DNA of 62,451 bases, counting the filler, from Choristocarpus tenellus KU-1152 (taxonomy: Eukaryota; Protista; Phaeophyceae): the NCBI GenBank assembly GCA_964200185.2. It is 11 parts of 11 records of this genome, joined end to end, with 100 filler letters (N's around TTAATTAATTAA, not from the genome) between each part and the next. Parts side by side here need not be neighbours in the genome. Positions count along the whole stretch, not along the records: positions 50,575 to 54,151 come from CAXNAD020019149.1; positions 54,252 to 57,039 come from CAXNAD020024750.1; positions 57,140 to 62,451 come from CAXNAD020011190.1; 8 more parts are not named here. One strand, written 5' to 3'. Position numbers and translations under genes: made by a program. This document shows, one piece after another, positions 51,331 through 62,451 of this stretch (position 1 is the stretch's first letter; each line of letters starts with the position of its first letter). The notes under the pieces were generated by a model. It was not told the DNA's origin and searched no databases. It was given only the letters and a program-made list of their open reading frames with translations.

Positions 51331-54300
51331 AAGTGGGACTGATTCTTTTGTTGATGATATGCCCAAGAGTGATTGAGGTGTTTCTTTTTTTCTAGAAGTT
51401 ATCATGTTTCTGTTTTGAAGAATAGAAGAATGGGTTCATGAACTAGAATATGCAAGAGTTCAGGAATAGGTAACATTGTTGCAAGTAATCTGAGATTAGT
51501 CTAATTAGTGATTCACAGAATAGGATTGATTTGGTGGTAACGATGACCCCCCTCTTTGAACTTGGAAGCTCACTCCTCCTCTGTCCTTCCTTACTTCATC
51601 TACAACCTGTCCAACCCACTAAGGAATTAATCAAGTCATGTATTATGTACACAAGTCTTGGGAACATAAGCTTTCATAAGGTACAAGAGGTTTCGACTCC
51701 GGGGGATTTTTTTTTTTCCTGGAGGTACAATGGGGCAGATTGAACTTGAGCATGCGCACAGCTGCTAGATGAAGAAGAGAAGGTGATATATCAGTGGACA
51801 ATATAATGTATGACAGGTGTAACAGTGTTAATTTTTAGGAATGACAACATCTGATCCTGCCAGCCATATGTTGCTCCAAAGGCACCAAGAACAAAGTTAT
51901 CGAGAAGGACATCATCAGACCCTAAGGTGGGCAACACCAACTCCTCAATTGGAATAGTTAGATTGTCTAATTGCAGAGAAAACATGATAAACCCATGACG
52001 GTCAAGACATTGTCATCTGCAGAGCAAACCTTGATTGCACCTGGTGGAATAGGTTCAATACCGGAATTCTGTAGGGCAGTGTAAATATTTTTGAGAAATA
52101 GATGGGTTATCACTTCCCGTATCTAGAGCTTGTGTGGCAAAGATTAAAAAATATTTCTTTCGATACGAATATGATTCGAAGTTGTTTCAAGACACAACGG
52201 AAGAGAGACAGGGCGACAAGGCACTGGTGAACACTGTTGATGTATTATTACTATGAGAGTTCCGGTCTGCACCTATGGGAAAAATCCGACGAGAAGCATG
52301 TTACTCTGAATATGTCGAGGAATGATTCACACCCAAGAGAACTACTGAGGTTAGTGCCTTCTGGACCCCGACAATATCTACCAGAGCTTCTAGTCCGTGC
52401 TTTGTATGTTTTGCCCTTCCTCACTTCTTCAGAAAGGTGTTCTGGCGCTCCCCGCATATCAAGGTAATCCTGGTATCACGCCGCCTATGCTTGATTCTGG
52501 TTACTTTTGTTGCAGCGTGAATTCTAGTAGTGGGGATACGGGCTGTAGGACAATTTTCTGTGCAGCGCTTGACTCCCTGAGCCCGACCACGTGGAGGAGA
52601 CGTTATAGGAAATTGACTGATGCTGGAAGGATAGATGAGATGTTGATTCAGGTTGCGAACTTCCCGCTTGAGCCATTATTCGCAGCCTGTAAAGAGGCAA
52701 CCTTTTCTGAGGGAATCGAAGGACTAGTCATGTCCCTTGTTTCCGTCAAATTCTAGATAGTCCATGTTTTGTGGACACATTTCCTTGACTACTTCTTTAA
52801 ACTCTGCAATGATTGGCATGATGTACTGGTCTGCAGTAGGTGGCGTTGATGGAAGAGCAGGTGGAGTTGGCGAGGATATCTGTGATGACATTGAGGGGAC
52901 AGTTGGGGTCTGAGTAACAGGAGAATTTGGTTTTAAGGGTTGACAAAACGGATGATTGTTCGTGGACGTAGTTTGTTGGATGCCTCATACATATAGATCC
53001 ATTACTTGGAAATCTGTGGTGACAAAACTCAAACTTCATCGAAGGAATTGTAATAATGGTATGGAAAGGTAGCAAAAACTCCACTGGTTCTTTCTCCTTG
53101 TATTCTTCCGTCATAAGGATCTGGAAACGGTTTTCCTTCGTGTTAAACAGGTTGTATGAACCATTTGCCAATGGGAATGGTGTGGTGCTCAAATTCCGGG
53201 CAATGTACTAAGACTGTTCCCAAAGTTCTATTGAATTACTCTCCTACTTTAGAACTGATGTTTGCCAATGAGAAACAACGTGAAACAGGCAAATAGGTTC
53301 TTCAGACTGCAGGGAAGTAGGAAGATCAACAGGTAACACGGATAGGAGAGAAAAAAGACAAGAGGGCGAGGGATCCTCTAAAGGTCTATCAGGGAAGGAG
53401 TGAAGAAGGAAGTCGGGGGTTGTAACCTCCACTCAAGCAACACGATATTGACGTCATCATTAAGCAAATGATGATGTTAATTATGAGGAAACAGACATTG
53501 AGGTATATCTTTGAAAGGAAGGGGACTTTAAAGGTGTACCTTGACCCAAAGATGCCTATATAACATGGTCTATATTGACGTTTGATACTGATAGGTATCA
53601 ATATAGTTATATGTTACAGATATTTTTTCCAGTTTAGAACAAAAAATGTATCTACTGTTGTTATTATGTAAATAGTATTATTTTTCTTAGTTTTAGTTTG
53701 ATTGTTGCTTCAATTATTGCTATTTTTTATTATTATGCCTTCTGACATTTTGGAGATGTGTCAGAAGGAAAGGCCAACGAAAACTATTCACACGTCAGAA
53801 AATACCCTAGAAAGGTAGTATGTGAAAAACATTAGTCTATTTACTACCGTACTGTCGGCTATGCTCCACAACTGTCTTCCTGTGCCTCTAACCAAGGTTA
53901 GTCCTTCACCCCAGAGTGAGAAGTTAGGGAAGCATCCTAAGAATCCATTATTATTAGTAGTAGAATTATTTTAAAGGTGGTACAAGTAGCTTCGCCCTCT
54001 ATGGCAATCTTGCTTTTGTTCACCGTATCGCCACAAGAATTACACAACAATATACACATTAACTGAAAGCTTATGACTGTTGAAACCTGAATCGAATGCA
54101 TTGTATATGATACATAGACTACGAAGGAAGAGGAATCATGGTGTTGTAAAGNNNNNNNNNNNNNNNNNNNNNNNNNNNNNNNNNNNNNNNNNNNNTTAAT
54201 TAATTAANNNNNNNNNNNNNNNNNNNNNNNNNNNNNNNNNNNNNNNNNNNNATGGATTCAATTCAACAAAATAATCTCATATACACAAAATAAGGTACAC

Positions 54301-57139
54301 TTCACTATTGTCCTATTTTGCACAGACAACACTAAACTACTATTTTGTAGAATATAGAGCGTCAGAAATCTAGTATCTTGTGTATCACGCCATAAGTTAG
54401 ACTACTAAAATGCAGTCTGTCTATTGTGAGAGGAGTACGGGGATCACCGTCAGTAAAAGGTATCTTTGGGGCCCTCAATTTTCTGTCGACACTAGCCTGA
54501 CTGCATTCGTGGAAGGCTGGTATTAAAATATGAAGGAAAGTAACGATGAGCTTCTTAAGGGCACAGCTAATATGATGCACGTTTATTGGAGAGGGATGCA
54601 CACTGAAGTTATCCACATTGTGAATATTCTGCTTATCGTTCCGTTTTGCTCATGGTCAATATGAGATCACAATCATTTGCTAATCAACTAAAGCCGCAAG
54701 TTCCCTTCCAATTGAGATTTTGCACTTCCCTGCCGAGATGCCATTTTCACCCCAGCTGGGCAAGTAGTAGAATCAAAAAATAATATTTATCATGGTCATA
54801 CCCTTGCCATAAATTACTGGTCTTTCCCATCATCAACTTTGATGCCAATGGTCCAGAGTAGGACGGATTCTTCTTGGGTAGGATTTTTTTGAGATGGTGT
54901 CAACCAGTTCTTTGTTGCACCTCCCGCAATAAACTAAGGATTGACCCTTAGAGACAACACATGCGCCGTTCTTTCTGTTCCAACAAAACGTCATCACTGC
55001 TCTTTCCTAATCCCCAGCTGTCTTGTCATTGACTGGTGCTGTTGCGCACCCTGATTATTGCCTCGCCTACTCCATTCGCCGAGCCTCCTTGCAACGACTA
55101 TTTATGTCTCGATAGAGCATATCTCAATAGTCAGCAGCTGACAATTTTGTGTTGTCATCAACAACACTCTTTTCAATAGTGATCTGAGCGCAAAGGGAAG
55201 CAAGGGAGAATAGCCTTGATACGCGGTGCTTGGTGCACTAAAATCCTGTGCTCAATTGGAGGCACTCATCGTTTACAGATTGGCGGAATATCGAAAAAAA
55301 AAAGAGAGCAAGATTTGCAGACATCTTTTGAGCGCCATTTCCAGACAGACTGAGCACACACACAGGTGACCCACACAGCAACGTGGACCACGACAGTGAG
55401 ACAAGGAGAGCAACTGAGGCCACTCTGCCCTCTGGATCTGCCTTCGGCACCTCTTCTGTGGAGAGGCGACAAAGAAACAAGTACCGTGTGACACTCAGTG
55501 TGTGATGTTAGGTGACGAGAAAGTGCGTATACTGTGGCGCAGCAGCATGATCAAATCGTGCAATGGATTGCACGGCAGCGACACGTACGCTGAGAGAAGA
55601 TGCATTGAAAGTATTACCACACCAAAGTAGTTGGATCTTCAACCACCGAGAAGCACTGCTCAGCAGTCTCTACCGCCTCCGGAAAGCAGGAAGAGAACGG
55701 CGAGTCCATCACCAGGTGGTACAGGGACGAAGTCTGTGGGGAGGCCTGGTCACGGTGGATGAAGGGAGAACCAGGTTTTCCGGCCGAAGGAAAGGTTGGA
55801 GAGGAGAGCAGTGTTACTGCGTGCCATTGCGCTCAGGAAATGCCTAGGCAAAACCGGGGTGTAGAATATCTTAGTAGTCAACAGTTGCAGCAGGCCCGGG
55901 CTGTTTGGAAGCTATGCGAGCCGCGGAGTGGCTTAAGGAATCGAGAGAGAAGGTCTTAGGGTTGGGGTTGGGGTACAAGGGCTCTGAAGTCCGAAAGAAG
56001 GTTGAAAGGGCTCACAAGGCGGAGGAGAAAGCCATATTACAAAGGCACCTGCGGAGACTTTTTGATACCACCAAATCCTTTACTTTGAAGAGGTCGCGAA
56101 GCAGGTGGAGGTAGCCATCGATGACGATGCCAGGGAAGAAGAGGAGGTGAGATTGAGACTATTTGCACACCAGTGGTTTGGTACCTCCCACTTCTTGCAA
56201 GATGCCGTATTTTCACTTTTGTTCCTGGACTTAGGGTTGGGTGTATATAGTCGATTAAGACTTTCTCTTCTCCCCGCCTGAATTCATTTAAGAAATCAAC
56301 ACAATTTTCGATCAACTCAAACCGGTCCCCCCTTGTGAGCTCAACCCCATTGAGCTCGTGTGGGTTTGAGCAAAGCACTGGCTACGACAGCATTGTACCT
56401 ATTCTTTGGACGGACTCCAAAAAAACGTTCGTTTGAGCTTGAAACCAGGTGAGGATAGGCAGGCTGTTTGGCTCGTCCAGAAAAAGCTATATGTTGCAAC
56501 ACAGGTGATTTATTTTTCCTCAAGATGGAGAGGGGAATGAAATCCATATCCTCAAGCTGGGAGCTCAACAAGTAGACAACCTTGACCCCTTGCTTTACTG
56601 TCTCCCCCCGTCCAAAGCGCTTCTCCACGTGCAGAGTTGGAGTTTCCTCGAGAAATTTCGTCGATGACATGTCAATATCCACTATGGAGGTGAACGCCAC
56701 AGTTATTATAGCTGTTCACGAGCAACTGTAAATAGACCTGCATGAGCTGGGCACAGTCCTCAACGTGGACACGACACACACCACTACGTCGCCTCGTGGC
56801 CACCAGTCTACTACGGTTTCCGAACTGGAACTCCTCCCCACTACTTGCCTTAACCTTGCTCCAGGTTGAAAAGGATTTGTCAGCCATGGGACATCAGAGG
56901 AGTCAGTCAATTTTGTCCATGCCTACATGGCACGGGTGATTGAGAGCTCAGTCTCATGGTTGCTGGCTACACACCTGAGCGGGACGGAGGACAAACAGGT
57001 CTCCTGGTTCCTTTTCTCCTGGTCGTGAGGGTCATTTGTNNNNNNNNNNNNNNNNNNNNNNNNNNNNNNNNNNNNNNNNNNNNTTAATTAATTAANNNNN
57101 NNNNNNNNNNNNNNNNNNNNNNNNNNNNNNNNNNNNNNN

Positions 57140-58364
57140 GGTGCAAATCGAACACCTCCATTGTGACCTCCACCAGCTCCTCTGTGCTGGTAACCCCCAT
57201 GTCTTCCTCTGAGTTGCTGGATAGAATGAAATAATCCCAGGTCGTTGACGTTGACGTCAGCCGAGTTGGCTGGCTGGGTCTTGTATGACAATGTGGTCCA
57301 AGGTCGCCTCCTCAATTTCCTCCATGATCCCTTCCTTGATGTGTGACTTTGCCCCGTCCCTCTACACAAAGATGGTGTGTCCTCTGGTCTAGGCATATGG
57401 GCCTTGACTGCCTGGATGACATCCTCGATCATGAGCTTCTTATACCTCTCCCTGTCCATCATGGCTGGCACAAGCACCTTGCCCTTGGGGCGGTGTATGC
57501 TGGAGCACTTAGCAACCTTAGTGTCCATGATTGGGCAGATCCTCATTTTCCCATCAAACCACACCCCATTGGATTGCTTCCTAGGGTGACACACAGCTGC
57601 AACGAAGATCACCTCCGTCATTAAAAGCTTACTCTGTGTCCCTGGGGGGTTGGGGGGGTCCTCAGTGGGGTGTAGGTACACACCTTAGCCATCTCTGAGG
57701 ATATCAAACCACTTCTTGCCCAAATGCACCAAGTCATACACACTGTCCACTAATACCCCACTTCTCCCCCTCCTGTGTGTGTGACCGATGACAAAACCCA
57801 CCCTGTTGACTTTCCGCTGGTCTGAGAGGACTGACTTAATCCACTACTTGACCCTCTTCACCTTCTCACACTTGCAAAGATCCCACAATGAGGCAATGGA
57901 GACCCTAGCTTTGGCAGCCCATTTGCAGAAAAGATGTGCAGTATACCGATGGGACATACCAAACGTCAAGGACACTTGTGCAGTGGCCACATTGGCCCTT
58001 GTGACGTCGTACAAGATCCATGCATTCGCCCCGTGTGATCTGGCTGCCATTCTCCTTGAGATGACGGAACATGGTGATTCGGGAAATTATGTCCTCCACA
58101 ATGGTCACCACCGTCCCCCAAGACATCCAAGTCTCACCCCCTCTCACCTCCACGCATTGCGTCACCATACTGCTCTTCGTTGGGGTGTTTGAGTATGGAA
58201 CCCAGACAAATTTCTGGGCAGAAGAATTGGGACCAGTGGGCAACAACGGGATGAGCAAGCCGCTCAAATGACGGGTATCCTTCAGCCTAGGCATGCCAAA
58301 AATTATGCTTTTCATGAGGTTTTTCAACCCCGTCAAATGCAACTTGATCGACTTTGCACTGGTG
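57140..58364 (-). mobile_element. Degenerate plant-type mariner (DD39D-like) transposase
   Basis: Across frames: WIKSVLSDQRKVNRVGFV, VHLGKKWF (for VHIDEKWF), VIFVAAVCHPR...WFDGKMRICP and QPANSADVNVNDLGLFHSIQ (for QPPNSPDLNVLDLGFF.SIQ). Contains stops and frameshifts; the 5' boundary is approximate. Confidence 0.88.
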
Positions 58365-58594
58365 ATTCTCCACAGTCATGACAGCCCACCATCTCAAATT
58401 TGTATGCCTACCAGCCTATATGAGAACTAAGCCTCCTCCAGAAGGTTTATCACATGAGTTGTTCTGGGCGAGAACGGAACTTGCAAAAGTTATGTTACAC
58501 TTAATTCCGAACGGCGGAAGTACTACTTTCTATCCTCCCATGCTGAATGGAGACAAGAGAGATGATCGCCAGGTCCAACAAATGAAACCCCAGT

Positions 58595-58854
58595 GAGCCA
58601 AAGTAAACGAGAGGTACCCAGGTTGTGGCCATTTTGCATTTCAAGGCAATTTTCTCATCTTTTGTCACTCATCTGTATTTCTTTCAATGACTTGCTGAGA
58701 TTGACTTGAGAAAGTTGACTTCCCTGTTGTTTGGAAATTTTGACAGATTTCAGAAAATCGTCCACAAGCGTGCACACAATAAAAAACGATCTTTGCATTT
58801 TTTTGTCAGCATCCTTAAAATGCAACCCCGGGTACCTCTCGTTCACCTTGACTC
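58595..58854 (+). mobile_element. MITE family D, full-length
   Basis: GAGCCAAAGTAAACGAGAGGTACCC ... GGGTACCTCTCGTTCACCTTGACTC; TSD AGT/AGT. Confidence 0.9.
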
Positions 58855-60283
58855 AGTGTCTATTTTGTCCAGATACTGAGGTACAACATCCCCACCATTG
58901 CACTGGCAGAGCACACGAGACCACTGCCAAAACATCAAAGAGAAGTAATTGATATACTACTTCCTAGGAGTTTGTAATGCCATGTAATACCATTCGGTAC
59001 AAAGATTAAAAAAAATGGATGTATACGACACAGCCTGCTTTGGTGGAACAATAACATTTCGATATTGGACTAAATCGAGACTGGGAACCTAACCCTGCAT
59101 AATCTGTGGGCCATCACCCCAATAATCATGCGCCCCCCCTCCCAAACAGTAATCTCAGTCTTGTCCGTGTTATCTGATGTTTCCATTCCTGAAACCTCAA
59201 TCTATTTGATATTTTGTCCTCCCACTGTTGAGAGAGAGAGGAAGGAAAGCAGTACAGCTCGAGTTTGATCCCCCGGCCTCTGATATTGTCAAAAAATGAG
59301 ATACCTCTGTTCCACGAAGGCAGACAGGCAGTCGAATGTCACCTAACTGTCTGCCCCTGTGGAACGGTAGTATCTGATTATTTGACACACCAAAAGGGTT
59401 GTCACTTACACCGTCCTTCGCTGAAATATCACCTTCACATCAAACCATAGCCCAACCTACTTCATGGCTCGGTCCCTGCTGCAATTACTTATGGTCAACC
59501 CTGTTGTATTTTTCAAATAATATATCATGCAAAACCTCATCAGTTGGAGTATGAAAAATTGCAAGATAATATATCAGCGTTTTAACATTCCAACCTTGAT
59601 GTCAACATCAACATCACATCAACAATGGATTGTGGTTTGATCCCTATTAACATCACAGCTAGCAGACAACTCTACTGGCAAGAAGAGAACCAAGCAGCAA
59701 ACCAGTTCGAAACAATAACAAAAACCCCTCCACATTAGTAACTGCCCAATACTATACATACACCATGCTGCAGCTACCCAAGTGTGATCCTATACTGCTT
59801 CACAAATAAGTTATACAGCAATAAATAAATAATTGCAATCAACTACACACCGATTCCCTCAGGGTCTATATATTAGAACTACTTTAGTTGCCACAATGAA
59901 TATGGCTACTCCAAAATTATGGAAGTATCCTTTTTAAAATGAGGCACTTTATACAATCAACCTGCCTCCAGGGAGCAACACCTGAGTCCCATCACTCTAT
60001 TCTCCTAACAATCCTTGAACCAGGCCCATCATGGAAAAAAAGGGATATACCATATTGCACCCCAACAATACTTAAGATAAAAATGGAAACTTCTTTGAAG
60101 ACAATAAAGATTTTATCTTCTCTTCTAACAAGTCAGGAGTAGGACCCCACGAGTGCGACCTTTGGTAGAAAAAACCTCTACAAGACAAGGTGTAATCAAA
60201 TAAGCCAAAATGGACTACCCTGAAGTAATTATGATAGTAACTGCCATACAGTGCACATAGTTATGCGTCGCCCACTCTTTGCT

Positions 60284-61455
60284 TCATGGCTGGCCACCAA
60301 CAAGAACGGAGCAACAGGTGAGGCCTGCATCTGGCTTTATCATCTCTGAGTAATCCACTTCCAGCACCTGTGACTGAGGTAATGAAGCACGACAGGGCGA
60401 TAGGTCTGCCACAATGATAGGGTGGATTAAGATCGGTATTGACAGGAAAATCACCTCCAGCATGCCTGTCTGGTGTATATAGCCTGGTGTATATAGCCTG
60501 GTGTATATAGCCTGGTGTATATAGCCTGGTGTATATAGCCTCATGCGCTACTGAGCTTAATGATGTGAAACAACAAATACTTCTCTGTTTTTGCAGTGGG
60601 TCTTCCGGACAAATGGGTATGGAATTCGCAGCAACAGCAGACTAGATACTAGTTGATGTGCAGATTGCCATGGAGCTCCTTCCTCATCATGAACAACATC
60701 AACAAAACACCAAGTTATGGTCACAACCATTGCGGCACTGCCAATGACATTGCTACATGGCAGCATGACTTAAGGCTCACAGGAACTCTTGGTGAGACAG
60801 TAGTGGGTGCAAAAAAAAACATGAATTGTAAAGAGTCGGGCAGGAGGCAGAACACAATTCGACCAACAACATAGCCTTCAATGGGAAATTGTTACAAACA
60901 TGAGACTTGAACTTCTACCTTGTCTAGGGGGGCATTCCACTTGTCTCGCTCAAGGGAGGGACATTCTCTGCAATATTGCAATAGCTTCACCCCAATTTAT
61001 TGTAGTGGCGTACAATTCTACAAGACGTGGTAAGAGCACACTCTGGAGTTGCCCCGCAGAAACAGCAAGCAGTAGCAGCAGCATATGTTGTACCTAATAT
61101 TTATAGCTACACAATCATAACATTTCCTCCCACTTTTCGCAGGAGACCTCAGAACCTCAAGTTTGGATGGGGGACACCCGACATTGATCACCAATAATGG
61201 CACCCATTTCTTTGTGTTACCTTGTGCCCCCCACACATCCTCAAAGCAAAAATCCAAATTGCTTCAACTATTTTGTCCTTAGATTGAAAATCATGTAAAG
61301 CAGGGAGGGTTGTTTGGATGAAAAACAGCTCGTACCTGCTCCTTCTCAGAAAAGCACCCTCTAATCAACTCGCGGCTCTCCTTGCAACGGCCCCCTTGGA
61401 TCAGTGTACCCCTCCACCTCCCCTCATGCATGACACAAGCAACGTTAGCACTGGT
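60284..61455 (-). CDS. DDAH: Dimethylarginine dimethylaminohydrolase (amidinotransferase fold), last two exons, 5'-partial
   Basis: Exon 61455-61336 gives TSANVACVMHEGRWRGTLIQGGRCKESRELIRGCFSEKEQ; exon 60367-60284 gives VLEVDYSEMIKPDAGLTCCSVLVGGQP*. This matches the DDAH C-terminus SE..K.DG.LTCCSVL containing the catalytic Cys. Confidence 0.85.
60470..60540. repeat. Minisatellite, 14-bp unit x5 (in the DDAH intron)
   Basis: CTGGTGTATATAGC repeated five times. Confidence 0.95.
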
Positions 61456-62383
61456 CTGGGTCAATCAGTGAGAAAAGCCACAACAGACACACAAATCGGT
61501 CAAAACAGCCAATGAGATGATGTATGAATAACGTACTCAACAAACCAAGGTCCCCATGGCCTTAACCCTCCGTTACCAACTTTCTTACCATGGCTTTAAG
61601 GGCATCATACATAGTCTGTTCCCCCTGAAGTAAAAATAAAATGCACCAGCAGCAGCACCGTGAAAGAGAGATAGTGCAGAGCGTACACATCTTGTCACTC
61701 CATGGACAACATTAAACTCAACGCTAGTATTACCTTAGAACAACAACATTCAGCCACATTCAACCCATAATTGGAGCTGGTTCTTACAGCATGTAACTTA
61801 GGATTGCTTTGCTCTATAGTGCCCGTTGTTCAGACAACATCCTGAGAGCTGTTGATGTATGATAATGTCTGCTGCACATGTACAACTGGAGTCCATTTTG
61901 CTCTGTAATAGTCCTTGTCTAGCACACAAGGCTTGCACATAATAGTCATTGTCGGGGGCAATCCAGCACCCTTTGCTCCTTAACCTCCACTATCTTCAGA
62001 AAGGTTTGGTGCCTTTCACTCAATGAACGATCTGGAGCAACTGCCAAAGCAGCACATTTCCATACTATTTATTCTCTCACATATTTATCTAAAACTTTTT
62101 GAAGCAGGAACAGCAAGAAATGAAAGAAATCTCGCGGAAGAGAGGAGCATTAATACAAAAGAGAAATACATATATATATATACATATTGGTTATAATCGC
62201 TCATAAAGTCCATTCTTGTCCAAGAAAAAACGGTCAACCTAAAATTCTTCTCCATCTTCCATGTTTCGGAACATTTAAACTATTGGACCCATTTGCTACT
62301 ATATAACATCCATTCTCTAGGACAGAACTTGGGATCATTATCTCCAAATAAAGTCTGCTGTTCACCAAATACTCTCGGCAATT

Positions 62384-62451
62384 GACCCAAAGTATCTGGG
62401 GGGGGGGGGGAAGGTCTACACCAGAGGGTCAATTTGGCCCAAACCCAGGAA
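62384..62451 (-). mobile_element. MITE family A, cut by window end
   Basis: GACCCAAAGTATCTGGGGGGG...GTCTACACCAG. Confidence 0.85.

Noticed and set aside
51640-51720. tRNA or SINE candidate (GTTTCGACTCC, B-box-like)
   Set aside because: No A box or cloverleaf could be built.
52237-53432. Broken ORFs downstream of the copia relic
   Set aside because: No recognisable gag, RT or integrase motif; cannot be assigned.
13886-57139. Recurring TTAATTAATTAA palindrome as a biological repeat or CRISPR-like array
   Set aside because: Always centred in exactly 44+44 N; it is an artificial six-frame-stop contig linker.

Overview
Eukaryotic, intron-rich genomic DNA. It is not one locus: it is 11 short contigs joined by ten artificial 100-nt spacers (N44-TTAATTAATTAA-N44), so adjacency across spacers means nothing. 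Long introns, TTAGGG-type repeats and the gene content suggest a stramenopile, probably a brown alga (inference only). Most listed six-frame ORFs are spurious. Manual splicing recovers partial host genes: DGAT2 3' end, an FAD-linked ALO/GULO-like oxidase 3' end, MOCS3/UBA4 5' end head-to-head with a signal-anchor gene, organellar glycyl-tRNA synthetase 5' end, UDP-glucose 4-epimerase exon 1, an 11-exon OSCA/TMC-like membrane protein, an ankyrin-repeat gene, an A_thal_3526-family exon and a DDAH 3' end. There is also one complete intronless gene for a small secreted 8-Cys peptide. Mobile DNA includes a Ty1/copia RT-RNase H relic, a plant-type (DD39D-like) mariner relic, a hAT-like end, and about 17 MITE copies from three internally unrelated families that share a terminal motif (G[AG][GC][TC][CG]AAAGTA) and 3-bp target duplications of variable sequence. 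The best candidates for something undescribed are this MITE clan and the secreted Cys-rich peptide. No multi-gene novel system can be supported from this fragmented window.
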